A stretch of DNA of 64,000 nucleotides from Patescibacteria group bacterium. Lineage in GTDB: Bacteria; Patescibacteriota; Minisyncoccia; Minisyncoccales; JAHCRE01. Position 1 is the stretch's first letter. Each line of letters begins with the position of its first letter. The position numbers and the translations under genes are program-made. The DNA lies in the NCBI GenBank assembly GCA_020148025.1, contig JAHCRH010000001.1, positions 12,652 through 76,651 on the forward strand, in the 5' to 3' direction. Below, one piece after another: positions 37,267 to 48,025 of the stretch. Under the pieces are notes generated by a model that searched no databases, had not been told where the DNA came from, and saw nothing but the letters and a program-made list of their open reading frames with translations.

Positions 37267-38466
37267 ATGGCAGAAAAAAAGAAATTTGTGAGGGAAAAAC
37301 CTCATGTTAATATCGGCACTATCGGTCACGTTGATCATGGAAAAACTACTTTGGTATCGGCCATCTTACACATTTTACATTTGAAAAATCCTGAGATAGT
37401 GGAAAAATCAGTGGATCAAATTGATGCTGCTCCGGAAGAAAAAGCAAGGGGACTGACAATTTCTGTTTCCCACCTAGAATATAAAACCGAGAAGCGCCAC
37501 TACGCCCACATTGATTGTCCTGGCCATGCCGACTACATCAAGAATATGATTACTGGGGCGGCTCAAATGGATGGAGCAATTTTGGTTGTTTCAGCTCCCG
37601 ACGGTCCAATGCCTCAGACCAGAGAGCATATTCTACTCGCTCGTCAGGTTGGCTTACCAGCATTAGTGGTATTTTTAAACAAATGTGATGCGGTGGATGA
37701 TCCAGAGATTATTGATTTAGTTGAGTCTGAAATTCGAGAACTTCTCAAAAAATATGATTATCCCGGAGATAAGATTCCAGTAATTCGGGGGTCAGCTCTA
37801 AAGGCTTTGGGGGTAAAATCTCCAGATGATGAGGCGGCTAAACCAATTTTAGATTTAATTAAGGCTGTAGATGACCATATTCCTGAACCAGTTCGGGAAA
37901 CAGATAAACCATTTTTGATGGCAATTGAAGATGTTTTTTCAATTGCCGGAAGAGGTACCGTACCTACTGGAAGAATTGAGAGAGGAATAGTGAAACCAAA
38001 CGATGAAGTTGAATTAGTTGGTTTCCAACCAACCAAAAAGACGGTAGCAGTCAGCATTGAGATGTTTAATAAAATTCTTGATGAAGGACGAGCTGGAGAT
38101 AATGTGGGAATATTACTTAGAGGTCTTAAAAAAGAGGAAGTAGAGAGAGGTCAGGTGCTGGCTAAACCGGGTTCAATCACCCCTCATACAGAATTCGAAG
38201 GCGAGGTTTATGTTTTAGCCAAAGAAGAAGGCGGTCGTCATACTCCTTTCTTTTCTGGTTACAAACCCCAGCTTTATTTCAGAACTACTGATGTAACCGG
38301 AGAAGTTACCTTGCCAGAGGGCACTGAAATGGTTATGCCAGGCGATACAGTAAATTTGAAGATCAAGTTAATTGCTCCAATTGCCCTAGAAGAAAAACAG
38401 AGATTCGCTATCAGGGAGGGAGGAAAAACAGTTGGAGCAGGAGTAGTGACCAAGATTGTTAAATAG
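37267..38466 (+). CDS. tuf: elongation factor Tu
   Basis: '[10 protein letters not shown]', 'DCPGHADY', 'NKCD'. Confidence 0.97.
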   Translation: MAEKKKFVREKPHVNIGTIGHVDHGKTTLVSAILHILHLKNPEIVEKSVDQIDAAPEEKARGLTISVSHLEYKTEKRHYAHIDCPGHADYIKNMITGAAQMDGAILVVSAPDGPMPQTREHILLARQVGLPALVVFLNKCDAVDDPEIIDLVESEIRELLKKYDYPGDKIPVIRGSALKALGVKSPDDEAAKPILDLIKAVDDHIPEPVRETDKPFLMAIEDVFSIAGRGTVPTGRIERGIVKPNDEVELVGFQPTKKTVAVSIEMFNKILDEGRAGDNVGILLRGLKKEEVERGQVLAKPGSITPHTEFEGEVYVLAKEEGGRHTPFFSGYKPQLYFRTTDVTGEVTLPEGTEMVMPGDTVNLKIKLIAPIALEEKQRFAIREGGKTVGAGVVTKIVK

Positions 38467-38572
38467 GGTCTAGAATCTAGGTTTTTAGTAATAGAAATAT
38501 TTATTAAATTTTAAAAAATTGACTATACCCTAAACCCTAAAAACCTAAACCCTAATTTAGTGTTCTTTTAAG

Positions 38573-38917
38573 ATGATGGCCCGGAAGAAAACTACTGAAG
38601 TTACAGAGGGAGTTAAGCAAAAGATTCGAATTAAATTGAGGGCTTATGATCATAAAGTCCTTGATAATAGTGCTCGCCAGATTGTCGAGACAGCTTTGCG
38701 TTATGGGGTAGAGGTTTCAGGCCCTGTGCCTTTACCAACCGAAATTCACAAATATACTGTAAATCGATCCACTTTTATTCATAAAGATGCTCGGGAACAA
38801 TTTGAAATTAGGATTCATAAAAGATTAGTTGATATTTTAAATCCCAATTCTAAAGTAATTGATGCTTTAATGACTTTAAACCTACCCGCCGGAGTTGACA
38901 TCGAGATCAAGATGTAA
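38573..38917 (+). CDS. rpsJ: ribosomal protein S10
   Basis: '[15 protein letters not shown]'. Confidence 0.95.
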   Translation: MMARKKTTEVTEGVKQKIRIKLRAYDHKVLDNSARQIVETALRYGVEVSGPVPLPTEIHKYTVNRSTFIHKDAREQFEIRIHKRLVDILNPNSKVIDALMTLNLPAGVDIEIKM

Positions 38918-39051
38918 TTTTTACAAAAATAAATTTTTAGTATATAATTAAAATGTTGAGAATTAATGAATTTTAAAATTTAAGTATTTATATAAAATAA
39001 CCGTGGTGAAAACCGGGTTATCACCCGGTTTTCAATTATCAAAGAATTTTA

Positions 39052-39642
39052 ATGAAATTTATTCTCGGATTAAAATTAGAGATGAGTCAGATTTTTGATG
39101 AAAAAGGAAAAGTAATTCCAATAACTTTAATTGAGACCGGTCCTTGTTATATCACTCAAATAAGAACAAAAGAGAAAGATGATTACGAAGCTATTCAGAT
39201 TGGGTTTAAAAAATTAAAAGCGAAAAAAGTAAAAAAACCACAGAAAGAAAAACCCTTTAGATATTTACGAGAATTCAAAGACGATGTGTCAAAATATAAA
39301 GTAGGACAAGAAATTGATGTTTCGTTTTTTCAAGAAGGAGAGAAAGTCTCGGTTTCAGGTTTTAGTAAAGGTAAGGGTTTCGCCGGTGTAGTTAAAAGAT
39401 GGCATTTTGCTGGTGGACCGGGTAGCCATGGGCTAAAGCACGAACTGAGAACTCCTGGTTCAGTTGGATCGCGTTGGCCTCAAAGAGTACTTAAAGGAAA
39501 GAAAATGCCCGGAAGAATGGGTTATAAAAGAGTGACTATAAAAAATTTAGAGATAGTTAAAATTGATAAAGAAAAGAATCTAATGGCTGTGAAGGGTGCA
39601 ATTCCTGGAAGAAGAGGGACATTATTGGAAATTAGAGGATAA
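39052..39642 (+). CDS. rplC: ribosomal protein L3
   Basis: 'GKGFAGVVKRWHFAGGPGSHG'. Confidence 0.95.
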   Translation: MKFILGLKLEMSQIFDEKGKVIPITLIETGPCYITQIRTKEKDDYEAIQIGFKKLKAKKVKKPQKEKPFRYLREFKDDVSKYKVGQEIDVSFFQEGEKVSVSGFSKGKGFAGVVKRWHFAGGPGSHGLKHELRTPGSVGSRWPQRVLKGKKMPGRMGYKRVTIKNLEIVKIDKEKNLMAVKGAIPGRRGTLLEIRG

Positions 39643-39644
39643 TT

Positions 39645-39800
39645 GCTCGCCGTTTGTCACGAAGAGACAACAATCAATTTTCCCAGCGAGAAAATTGTTG
39701 TTCGTTTCTCGGCCTCGCTCTTCGAGCTAAAGCTCGAAACCATGCCCGCTCGGCCTCCGAAGCGCTCTTCTTAGCCAAACGGCTCGCTTAATGGTTGTTC
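39645..39800. repeat. GC-rich element, family C copy (internal hairpin 'gacaacaatcaattttc...gaaaattgttgttc')
   Basis: shares 'gaaaccatgcccgctcggcctccgaagcg' with 34536-34695. Confidence 0.5.
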
Positions 39801-39994
39801 AGAAACTACACTCCTTGCTTAAAGGTTTTTATTCGTATATTCGTAAAAATTCGTAATTCGTAGGAAAATAAAAAAATGGGCATTTAGCGTCCGCCCGATA
39901 ACAAATCAATTCATGCTTGTTGATACTTACCCCGATAGTATACCCGCCTTCGGCGGATAACTACGGGGCAAGCAATCAAAAAGATAATCCAAAT

Positions 39995-40639
39995 ATGTTA
40001 ATTGATACATATAATCAAGATGGCAAAAAAATTGGACAAACGAGATTACCAAAGGAAATTTTTGACGTCCCGCTAAATCCTGATTTGGTCCATCAGATCG
40101 CTGTTTCTCAGATGGCAAACAGAAGAAAAGTTGTTGCCCATACTAAAACAAGAGCTGAAGTGAGAGGAGGAGGTAGAAAACCTTGGCGGCAAAAAGGAAC
40201 AGGGAGAGCCAGACATGGTTCAATTCGCTCGCCCATTTGGCGAGGTGGTGGAGTGACTTTTGGGCCAAGAAAAGAAAAAGTTTTTAAAAAGAAAACTCCC
40301 AAAAAAATGAGAAGAAAAGCCCTATTTATGGTTTTATCAGCTAAAGCAAAGGAGAAATTACTTATTCCTTTAGATTTTTTGAAAATTGAAAAACCAAAAA
40401 CAAAATTAATAGCTGAAATAATAGAGAACCTGAGATCGAAAATCAAAGATTTTAAAAAAGGAAGTATTCTTATTGCCCTTCCTCAAAAGGATAAGAATAT
40501 AATAAGGGCGGCCAGAAATATCCCCAATCTTCAGACCATTGAAGCTCGCAATCTTAATGTTTTAGATTTACTTTCATTTAAATATTTATTAACACCAAAA
40601 GAAGCGATAAAAGTAATAAAAGGAACATTTTTAAAGTAA
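39995..40639 (+). CDS. rplD: ribosomal protein L4
   Basis: 'MLIDTYNQDGKK...' ; the track ORF from 39917 includes a GC-rich upstream extension. Confidence 0.9.
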   Translation: MLIDTYNQDGKKIGQTRLPKEIFDVPLNPDLVHQIAVSQMANRRKVVAHTKTRAEVRGGGRKPWRQKGTGRARHGSIRSPIWRGGGVTFGPRKEKVFKKKTPKKMRRKALFMVLSAKAKEKLLIPLDFLKIEKPKTKLIAEIIENLRSKIKDFKKGSILIALPQKDKNIIRAARNIPNLQTIEARNLNVLDLLSFKYLLTPKEAIKVIKGTFLK

Positions 40640-40640
40640 A

Positions 40641-41045
40641 ATGGCTCTGCGAGATTTTTTCAAAAAAAAGAAACTGGAAGAAAAGAAGGTTAAACCGAGG
40701 GAAAAGCCGATTGAAAAGATTCCAACTCCTAAACCAAAGTCCGAAAAACGAACTCCTAAAAGAAGCGAAGCCTACCGAATTTTGAAAACCCCTCATATTA
40801 CTGAGAAAGCCACTGATTTGGCAAGAAAGAATCAATATGTTTTTAGAATTTGGGAAAGGGCGAATAAAGTTGAGGTTAAAAAAGCGATTGAAGATCTCTA
40901 TAAAGTTGAGGTAATCGATGTGAAAATTATTAAAGTTCCAGCCAAGAGAAGAAGATTTGGTAGAATTTCAGGCTGGAAAAAGGGATATAAAAAAGCAATT
41001 GTTAAAATAAAGGAAGATCAGAAGATTGAGCTTTTCCCAAAATAA
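40641..41045 (+). CDS. rplW: ribosomal protein L23 with basic N-terminal extension
   Basis: 'ILKTPHITEKATDL...'. Confidence 0.9.
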   Translation: MALRDFFKKKKLEEKKVKPREKPIEKIPTPKPKSEKRTPKRSEAYRILKTPHITEKATDLARKNQYVFRIWERANKVEVKKAIEDLYKVEVIDVKIIKVPAKRRRFGRISGWKKGYKKAIVKIKEDQKIELFPK

Positions 41046-41139
41046 AAAATTAACCCATTCGACAAGCTCAGAGTTAATGCTGAGCAACGTCGAAGCATTA
41101 ACCGAAGCGCATAACAAATTATGTGTCCGGTGAAATCAA

Positions 41140-41934
41140 ATGAAAAAAGCTGTTACTTACAAGAAAATATTAACTAAAAAAGAACCTGAAAAAAGGCTGC
41201 TTTTGGCATTTAAAAAAAGGGCAGGAAGAGCAAAATCGGGTCGAATAACCGTCCGTCATCGGGGAAGGGGAGCAAAAAGACTTTATCGAATAATCGATTT
41301 TGGCCAGGAAAAAATCGATACTCCGGCAAAAGTCATTGCTTTAGAGTATGATCCTTATCGGACCGGTTACATTGCCCTTTTAGAATATGCTGACGGAGAA
41401 AAGAGATACATTTTAGCCCCTCAGGATTTAAAAGTGGGAGATCAAATTATCATTTCGGAAAAAGCCGAGATCAAACTGGGAAATCGAATGAAATTAAAAA
41501 ATATTCCACCGGGTACCTTGATTTGTAATATTGAGATTGTCCCTGGTAAAGGAGGAAAATTAGTTAGGGGCGCCGGGACAGCAGCAAAAGTTTTAGCTAT
41601 AGAGGGCGGATATACTCATCTCGAAATGCCCTCGAAAGAAATTAGAAAGGTTTCTGAAGAATGTTTTGCTTCCATTGGTGGTGTTTCTCGACCAGAGCAT
41701 CGGTTTAGAATTTTAGGAAAGGCCGGCAGAGTTCGTCATTTAAGACGGCGACCAGTGGTTCGAGGAGCAGCAATGAATCCTTATGACCATCCTCATGGGG
41801 GGAGGGGAGGAGGAAAGAGGCCGATTGGATTAAAACACCCAAAGACTCCCTGGGGAAAACCAGCCAGGGGAGTAAAAACTAGAAAAAGGAAACAGACAGA
41901 TAAATACATCATTCAAAGAAGAAAAAAGAAATAA
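41140..41934 (+). CDS. rplB: ribosomal protein L2
   Basis: '[18 protein letters not shown]'. Confidence 0.95.
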   Translation: MKKAVTYKKILTKKEPEKRLLLAFKKRAGRAKSGRITVRHRGRGAKRLYRIIDFGQEKIDTPAKVIALEYDPYRTGYIALLEYADGEKRYILAPQDLKVGDQIIISEKAEIKLGNRMKLKNIPPGTLICNIEIVPGKGGKLVRGAGTAAKVLAIEGGYTHLEMPSKEIRKVSEECFASIGGVSRPEHRFRILGKAGRVRHLRRRPVVRGAAMNPYDHPHGGRGGGKRPIGLKHPKTPWGKPARGVKTRKRKQTDKYIIQRRKKK

Positions 41935-41935
41935 T

Positions 41936-42250
41936 ATGGCAAGAAGTTTAAAAAAAGGTCCTTTTGTTGACCAAAAATTGCTTAAAAAAATGAAGAAGCT
42001 GGAGCCGAGAACTAAGGAGATTATTAAAACCTGGGCTCGGGATTCAGTCATTACCCCTGAAATGGTTGGTTTTACTTTTGGAGTTCATAACGGAAAAGAA
42101 CATATCCCAGTTCATATCACTGAAGAAATGGTTGGCCACCGGCTCGGTGAGTTTGCCCCGACTACTAGATTTTCCAGACACGGAGGAAAAATACAAAGAG
42201 AACTTGAGAAAAAATCGGGTCGAAAAGAAGCCGAAAAATTAAAAAAATAG
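41936..42250 (+). CDS. rpsS: ribosomal protein S19 with C-terminal extension
   Basis: '[11 protein letters not shown]', '[23 protein letters not shown]'. Confidence 0.95.
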   Translation: MARSLKKGPFVDQKLLKKMKKLEPRTKEIIKTWARDSVITPEMVGFTFGVHNGKEHIPVHITEEMVGHRLGEFAPTTRFSRHGGKIQRELEKKSGRKEAEKLKK

Positions 42251-42333
42251 TCAGTAGGGTTTAGCCAATAGGGTTTAGCCAATAGAGTGGAAGAAATTAG
42301 ACCCTAGACCCTAGACCCTAGACTCTAGACTCT

Positions 42334-42861
42334 ATGAAAGTTACTGCTAAACTTCGCTATTTACGGATTGCTCCTCGAAAAGTAAGATTAGTGGCTGATT
42401 TAATCAGAGGAAAAAGAGTTTCTGAAGCTTTAACTTTACTTGGATTCCTGCCAAAAAGAGCCACCACTTCTTTAATTAAACTTTTAAAACAGGCCATTGC
42501 TAATGCCAAGAACAACTTTCAATTAGCTGAATCAAATCTTTATATTTATAAAATTTTTGTTGACGAAGGACCAAAACTAAAGAGGTGGAGGCCAAGAGCC
42601 CGCGGTCAAGCCCTTGAAATCCAGAAAAAAACTTCCCACATAACCCTTATTTTAAATGAGATCGAGAAAAAACCAAGAAAGATTAAAAAGGTAAGAAAAG
42701 TTGAGAAAGCAAAAAAAATTAAAAAGGTTCCAAAAATGAAAAAACCCCCGAAGGAAGGCAAACCTCCTACGGGGCGGGCAAAATTAAGACCAGAGTTGGA
42801 AACACCCAAACCAAAAATTGAAAGGGGAATTAGAAGAATCTTTAGACGAAAAGCCTTCTAA
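42334..42861 (+). CDS. rplV: ribosomal protein L22 with Lys-rich C-terminal tail
   Basis: 'LRIAPRKVRLVADLIRGK'. Confidence 0.9.
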   Translation: MKVTAKLRYLRIAPRKVRLVADLIRGKRVSEALTLLGFLPKRATTSLIKLLKQAIANAKNNFQLAESNLYIYKIFVDEGPKLKRWRPRARGQALEIQKKTSHITLILNEIEKKPRKIKKVRKVEKAKKIKKVPKMKKPPKEGKPPTGRAKLRPELETPKPKIERGIRRIFRRKAF

Positions 42862-42943
42862 CCGAAGCCGTTGTACGAATTTACGAATTTGCGGCTTCGG
42901 ATACGAATAAATTATTCGTATAAATTCGTAATTCGTAGGAACT

Positions 42944-43603
42944 ATGACTCATAAAGTTCATCCTAAAATTTTTCGGATAAGAAAAATAACTGACTGGTAT
43001 TCTCGGGGCTTTTATGAAAAAAAATTTTCAGAGCATTTGAAAGAAGATTTTGAAATTAGAGAATTTTTAAAAAAGAAATTAGCAAAATGTGCAGTTGATC
43101 GAATTGAACTTGAAAGATTCCCAACCAAAGTAAATGTGATTATTTTTACTGCCAGACCGGGTTTAGTTATTGGTCGGCGAGGGGAAGGAATTGAGGCATT
43201 AAGGGGAAGATTGGAAAGAAAAATTCTAAAAAAGAATAAGAAAAAAGCCACTATTGGCCCACAGGAATTAAAAATAGAAATTAGGGGAATTAAGGATCCC
43301 TGGCTTTCCGCCAGTCTTTCTGCCCAATGGATTGCCCAACAAATTGAAAATCGAGTTCGTTACCGAAGAGTTTTAAAACGGGCTTTAGGTAGAATTGTGT
43401 CTCGTAAGGAGGTTCAAGGGGCAAGAGTGGAGGTATCCGGGAGATTGGACGGAGTAGAGATTGCCCGAACTGAATGGTTAAAAAAAGGAAGATTGCCTCG
43501 CCAGACTATCAGAGCTGATATTGATTATTCTCAGGCCAGGGCTTATTGTAGATATGGAGTAGTAGGGGTGAAAGTTTGGATTTATAAAGGAGAGAAGTTT
43601 TAA
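42944..43603 (+). CDS. rpsC: ribosomal protein S3
   Basis: 'VHPKIFRI', KH domain. Confidence 0.95.
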   Translation: MTHKVHPKIFRIRKITDWYSRGFYEKKFSEHLKEDFEIREFLKKKLAKCAVDRIELERFPTKVNVIIFTARPGLVIGRRGEGIEALRGRLERKILKKNKKKATIGPQELKIEIRGIKDPWLSASLSAQWIAQQIENRVRYRRVLKRALGRIVSRKEVQGARVEVSGRLDGVEIARTEWLKKGRLPRQTIRADIDYSQARAYCRYGVVGVKVWIYKGEKF

Positions 43604-43607
43604 AAAT

Positions 43608-44012
43608 ATGCTCTATCCCAAAAAGGTTAAACATAGAAAATGGATGAAAGGTCGCAGTAAAGGCATTGAAACTCGAGGTACTGAGTTGGTTTTTGGTACT
43701 TTTGGCTTAAAATCCCTGGAAACCTGCTGGGTTACTTCTCGTCAAATTGAGGCAGCCAGAAGGGCAATTATTAGATATTTGAAAAAAGGGGGAAAACTTT
43801 GGATCAGAATTTTTCCTCAAAAACCGGTAACAACTAAAGGGACCGAGGTTCCTATGGGTGGAGGAAAAGGAAAAGTCTCCCATTATGTTTTTCCCATAAA
43901 ACCCGGTCGAATTATTTTTGAGATAGAGGGGATAACTGAAAAAGAAGCCCGAGAGGCTTTAAGAAAAGCTAGTGATAAGTTGCCAGTGAAAACAAAGTTT
44001 ATTAAAAGATAG
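43608..44012 (+). CDS. rplP: ribosomal protein L16
   Basis: '[16 protein letters not shown]'. Confidence 0.95.
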   Translation: MLYPKKVKHRKWMKGRSKGIETRGTELVFGTFGLKSLETCWVTSRQIEAARRAIIRYLKKGGKLWIRIFPQKPVTTKGTEVPMGGGKGKVSHYVFPIKPGRIIFEIEGITEKEAREALRKASDKLPVKTKFIKR

Positions 44013-44022
44013 CTTACTAATT

Positions 44023-44208
44023 ATGAAGGCTAGAGAATTACGCCAAAAATCAAAAGCTGAACTTCAAAAAATTCTTTGGAATAAACGAGAGAAATTAAGA
44101 GATACTCGTTTTAATTTAGCTTCCGGAAAAATCAAAAACGTTCGGGAGATCAGAAAATTAAAAAGAGACATTGCCAGAATACTCACCCTGTTAAAAAGTA
44201 ACCAGTAA
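44023..44208 (+). CDS. rpmC: ribosomal protein L29
   Basis: 'ELRQKSKAEL...'. Confidence 0.85.
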   Translation: MKARELRQKSKAELQKILWNKREKLRDTRFNLASGKIKNVREIRKLKRDIARILTLLKSNQ

Positions 44209-44280
44209 TCCGTAATGGGTAACGAGGAAAAGTTCGCCGAAGGTGAACATTAATTACCGATTACTAATTACTAAATTTCT

Positions 44281-44517
44281 ATGCCTAAAAAAAGATTAAA
44301 AGGAACAGTGATATCAGATAAAATGGAAAAAACAGTGGTGGTGGAAATTGAACGGATTAAAGAACATCCAAAATATAAGAGGAGATATAAAGTCCATAAA
44401 AAATATAAAGCCCATGATGAAAAGAGTGAATATAAGATTGGAGACAAAGTGATAATTGAAGAATGTAGGCCAATAAGTAAAGAGAAAAGGTGGAGAGTAA
44501 TAAGAAAATTAGAATAA
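44281..44517 (+). CDS. rpsQ: ribosomal protein S17
   Basis: '[14 protein letters not shown]'. Confidence 0.9.
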   Translation: MPKKRLKGTVISDKMEKTVVVEIERIKEHPKYKRRYKVHKKYKAHDEKSEYKIGDKVIIEECRPISKEKRWRVIRKLE

Positions 44518-44597
44518 TGAATAATGAATAATGAATTATGAATTATGAGAACGATATATCCTTATTCTTTATTCCTAATTCGTAATTCTCAGTTTTT

Positions 44598-44810
44598 ATG
44601 ATACAACCAAGAACAATGTTAAAAGTAGCTGATGTCGCGGCACGCGATCGCTTCGCTCCGCTAACACCGCTCCTTGAAACCTTGCGGTTTCAATACTTCC
44701 ACTACGGGAAAACACCCAGTTTTCCCGACCCCTTTCTATTATCAGCTACTTTTGATAGTATTTATTACTACTTTTTAAATAAAATTAAGTTTATTCTAAA
44801 AATAAAATGA
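44598..44810 (+). other. upstream ORF made of a duplicated rplN start (12 codons) fused to a family-A repeat element; its TGA overlaps the rplN ATG
   Basis: 44598-44633 'atgatacaaccaagaacaatgttaaaagtagctgat' versus 44807-44842 'atgatacaacctaggactatgctaaaagtagctgat'; four differences, all synonymous. Confidence 0.5.
44634..44733 (-). repeat. GC-rich palindromic element, family A copy (reverse orientation)
   Basis: 'gtcgcggcacgcga...ctacgggaaaacacccagttttcccgacccc'. Confidence 0.7.
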
Positions 44811-45178
44811 TACAACCTAGGACTATGCTAAAAGTAGCTGATAATACTGGTGCTAAAATCGTTCAATGTTTTAGAGTTTTAGGTGGTACTCGTAAAAGAT
44901 ATGCCCGAATTGGTGATATTATTGTTGGCACTGTAAAAGAAGCTGAGCCGAGAAGACTGGTAAAAAAACACGATATTGTCAGGGCAGTAATAGTTCGTCA
45001 AAAAAAAGCTTATCGAAGATCTGACGGAAGTTATATTCGATTTGACGATAATGCCATCGTAATTTTAGAAGGGAAAACAAAAGACCCAAAAGGGGGGAGA
45101 ATCACTGGACCAGCGCCTAGAGAATTAAAAGAGAAAGGATTTGAAAAAATAGCGGGATTAGCTGAAGAATTAGTATAA
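44807..45178 (+). CDS. rplN: ribosomal protein L14
   Basis: '[17 protein letters not shown]'. Confidence 0.95.
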   Translation: MIQPRTMLKVADNTGAKIVQCFRVLGGTRKRYARIGDIIVGTVKEAEPRRLVKKHDIVRAVIVRQKKAYRRSDGSYIRFDDNAIVILEGKTKDPKGGRITGPAPRELKEKGFEKIAGLAEELV

Positions 45179-45259
45179 AGTTTAGATACTAGATAGTAGA
45201 TGCTAGATATTGGATGTTAATCATTAGAAATCTAATATCTAATATCCAAAATCCAATTT

Positions 45260-45565
45260 ATGAAAATTCATAAAGGCGATACAGTCTTAATAATTTCGGG
45301 TAAGTATCGTGGCAAAAAGAGTAAAGTTTTAAAAGCCTTTCCAAAAGAGCAAAGATTTTTAATTGAAGGAGTTAATTTAAGAAAAAAGCATATCAGATCA
45401 AGAAAGGAGGGAGAAAAAGGTCAAATTGTTGAGTTGCCCGCCCCTATTTACATTTCCAATATCAAGCTTATTTGTCCGAAATGCAAAAAAGCAACTAAGG
45501 TAGGGTATAAAATCGAAGGGAATAAAAAAGACCGTATTTGTAAAAAATGCGGACAGAAAATATAA
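45260..45565 (+). CDS. rplX: ribosomal protein L24 with C-terminal CxxC...CxxC zinc-ribbon extension
   Basis: KOW 'GDTVLIISGKYRGK'; tail 'CPKCKKATKV...CKKCGQKI'. Confidence 0.9.
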   Translation: MKIHKGDTVLIISGKYRGKKSKVLKAFPKEQRFLIEGVNLRKKHIRSRKEGEKGQIVELPAPIYISNIKLICPKCKKATKVGYKIEGNKKDRICKKCGQKI

Positions 45566-45588
45566 ATCATACTAACATCTATGCTTAA

Positions 45589-46152
45589 ATGAAAATTACG
45601 CGCCTCAAAGACAAATATATTAAAGAAGTCATTCCAGCTATGCAGGGAAAGTTTGGCTATCGCAGCGTTATGACTGTTCCTAAAATTGAGAAAGTGGTGG
45701 TGAATACTGGTTTTGGTAGACTGATTGCTGGAAAAACCTCCGAAGATCAAAAGAAAATTTACAAAGCTGTTTTAAATGATTTAACCCTAATCACCGGTCA
45801 GAGAGCAGTTTTAACCAGGGCAAAAAAATCAATTTCCGGCTTCAAAATCCGTCAAGGAATGCCAGTTGGCGCCCAGGTTTCTTTACGAGGAGAAAGAATG
45901 TTTGATTTTTTAGAAAGATTAATTCATATTGCCCTTCCTAGATCTCGAGATTTCCGGGGGATTGATTCTAAATCTTTTGACCGGGAAGGAAATTTAACCA
46001 CTGCTATAAAAGAACATATTGCCTTTCCGGAGATATCTCCTGAAAAAGTAAAAAATATTTTTAGTTTTGAAATAACAGTGGTGACAACAGCAAGAAGCAG
46101 GGAAGAGGGAATAGAATTATTAAAATTATTGGGCTTTCCGATTAAAACTTAA
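45589..46152 (+). CDS. rplE: ribosomal protein L5
   Basis: L5 fold, 187 aa. Confidence 0.95.
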   Translation: MKITRLKDKYIKEVIPAMQGKFGYRSVMTVPKIEKVVVNTGFGRLIAGKTSEDQKKIYKAVLNDLTLITGQRAVLTRAKKSISGFKIRQGMPVGAQVSLRGERMFDFLERLIHIALPRSRDFRGIDSKSFDREGNLTTAIKEHIAFPEISPEKVKNIFSFEITVVTTARSREEGIELLKLLGFPIKT

Positions 46153-46154
46153 AT

Positions 46155-46340
46155 ATGTCCACTAAAGCTCAGATAGTAAAATCAAAAAAGAAACCGAAGT
46201 TTTCAACGCGAATTGTTCGTCGTTGTTTTCGCTGTGGTCGAAAGAGAGGATACATGAGAAAATTTGGATTATGTAGGATTTGTTTCAGAGAATTAGCAAA
46301 CAAAGGATTAATTCCAGGAGTAAAAAAAAGTAGCTGGTAA
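46155..46340 (+). CDS. rpsZ: ribosomal protein S14, zinc-binding Z type
   Basis: '[23 protein letters not shown]'. Confidence 0.9.
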   Translation: MSTKAQIVKSKKKPKFSTRIVRRCFRCGRKRGYMRKFGLCRICFRELANKGLIPGVKKSSW

Positions 46341-46410
46341 AAGACAATGAACAATGAGCAACGGACAATGAACAAAATATTTTTAATCCCCGTTTCCTGT
46401 TCTTTGTCTA

Positions 46411-46815
46411 TTGTTTACTGAAATTATGACTGATCCAATAACTGATATGTTAAATCGAATAAGAAATGCCCAGGCCGTTTCCCACCCCACGGTCAATATT
46501 CCTTTTTCCCAAATTAAATATAAAATTATTCAAATCTTGGCAAAGGAGGGATTTATTGAAAAATTTGAAAAAAAAGGGAAGAAAGCAAAAAAAACTATCA
46601 GAATCACCTTAAAATATATCGGAAAAACTCCCGCTATTTCTGCCCTAAAAAGAATTTCAAAACCCAGTCAAAGAATCTACTTTCCCTATAAAAAAATTAA
46701 AAAAGTTCGAGGAGGTTATGGAATAACCATAGTTTCAACCTCCAAGGGTTTAATGGGTAATAAAGAGGCGAGAAAGAAAAAGTTGGGAGGGGAGGTAATT
46801 TGTGAAATTTGGTAA
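46411..46815 (+). CDS. rpsH: ribosomal protein S8
   Basis: 'DPITDMLNRIRNA'. Confidence 0.95.
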   Translation: MFTEIMTDPITDMLNRIRNAQAVSHPTVNIPFSQIKYKIIQILAKEGFIEKFEKKGKKAKKTIRITLKYIGKTPAISALKRISKPSQRIYFPYKKIKKVRGGYGITIVSTSKGLMGNKEARKKKLGGEVICEIW

Positions 46816-46847
46816 AAATTAGAAATACCGCCCCATATCGGAGAGAG

Positions 46848-46990
46848 GTCGGGAGAACCCTCCGGTTCTCCCGTATAGGAAAACAGCGAGCGAAGCTCGC
46901 GTTAGAAACCGAGGGTTTCTAAAGAGCGAGCCCGAAGCGACCCGCCCAGGGCGGGGAGCACCAGAACTTTGTTCTGGAGAGGGCGAGCGA
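46848..46990 (+). repeat. GC-rich palindromic element, family A copy (diverged), between rpsH and rplF
   Basis: 'ggtcgggagaaccctccggttctcccgtataggaaaacagcgagcgaagc...accagaactttgttctgg'. Confidence 0.55.
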
Positions 46991-47000
46991 TTAACCAACC

Positions 47001-47591
47001 ATGTCAAGAATAGGCAAAAAACCAATTAAGATACCGGAAGAAGTAGAAGTAAAAATTAATGGAAATCTGGTGACTATTAAAGGTCCTAAAGGGGAGCAAT
47101 GCCTGAAAATCCGACCGGAGATTAAAGTTGAAATAAAAAACTACATACCCCCCCACCCCTCTCCCCCCAAAAGCGCAGGCCCCTCGGGAAAGATTTTAGT
47201 AGTTACTCCTCGAATTGAGACTAAAAAAACTAAGGCTTTTTGGGGTTTGACCCGATCCCTTTTGGCTAATAAAATTTTTGGGGTAATTACAGGGTACGAA
47301 AAAAAATTAGTAATCGAGGGCTTGGGGTTTAAAGCCAATATTGAGGGGGAAGATTTAGTTTTGCGAGTTGGTTTTACTCATCCGGTAAAAATAGAAGCTC
47401 CCCAAGGGATCAAATTTTCAGTTGATAAAACCGTTATTACGGTTTCAGGAATTAATAAAGAACTGGTTGGTCAAGTTGCTGCAAAAATAAGAAAAGTTCA
47501 TCCCCCCGAGCCCTATAAGGGAAAAGGAATTAAATATCTTGGGGAAATAATTAAAAGAAAGCCAGGGAAGAGAGTAGTAACCGCTGGCTAA
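47001..47591 (+). CDS. rplF: ribosomal protein L6, carrying an in-frame GC/Pro-rich insertion
   Basis: L6 repeats; insert '[18 protein letters not shown]' encoded by 'cccccccacccctctcccccc'. Confidence 0.9.
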   Translation: MSRIGKKPIKIPEEVEVKINGNLVTIKGPKGEQCLKIRPEIKVEIKNYIPPHPSPPKSAGPSGKILVVTPRIETKKTKAFWGLTRSLLANKIFGVITGYEKKLVIEGLGFKANIEGEDLVLRVGFTHPVKIEAPQGIKFSVDKTVITVSGINKELVGQVAAKIRKVHPPEPYKGKGIKYLGEIIKRKPGKRVVTAG

Positions 47592-47608
47592 GCCCGAAAT
47601 TTCTAAAA

Positions 47609-48016
47609 ATGAAAAGAAAATTAAAAAAAGAAGCAAGATATAGAGGTCATAAAAGGGTACGAGCTAAAATTTCAGGTTCTGCTAATCGGCCGCGGCTTTG
47701 TGTTTTTCGATCAAACAAACATATGTATGCTCAACTAATTGATGATGAAAAGGGAATAACATTAGCTGTAGCTTCTAACTTGGAATTTAAAAAGCCCACT
47801 GTTCGCCCACAGCAGAAAATAAAAACTAAAAATAAAAAGGTAGAAAAAAAACTTTCTGGTAAAATTGGGACAGCTTATGAAGTTGGAAAACTAATTGCCA
47901 AAAAAGCCTTAAAAAAGAAAATAAAAAAAGTAGTTTTCGATCGAGGAGGTTACAAATACCATGGACGCGTAAAAGCTTTGGCGGAGGGTGCAAGGGAAGA
48001 GGGCCTCCGATTTTAA
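47609..48016 (+). CDS. rplR: ribosomal protein L18
   Basis: '[18 protein letters not shown]'. Confidence 0.9.
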   Translation: MKRKLKKEARYRGHKRVRAKISGSANRPRLCVFRSNKHMYAQLIDDEKGITLAVASNLEFKKPTVRPQQKIKTKNKKVEKKLSGKIGTAYEVGKLIAKKALKKKIKKVVFDRGGYKYHGRVKALAEGAREEGLRF

Positions 48017-48025
48017 ATTTTTAAT

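Noticed and set aside
42249-42333. Possible CRISPR array or telomere: tandem 'tagaccc' / 'ccctaa' units
   Set aside because: The units are 6-7 nt with no spacers of 25-40 nt and no cas genes. Copies are few and embedded in inverted repeats, so these are spacer hairpin repeats, not CRISPR or true telomeric arrays.
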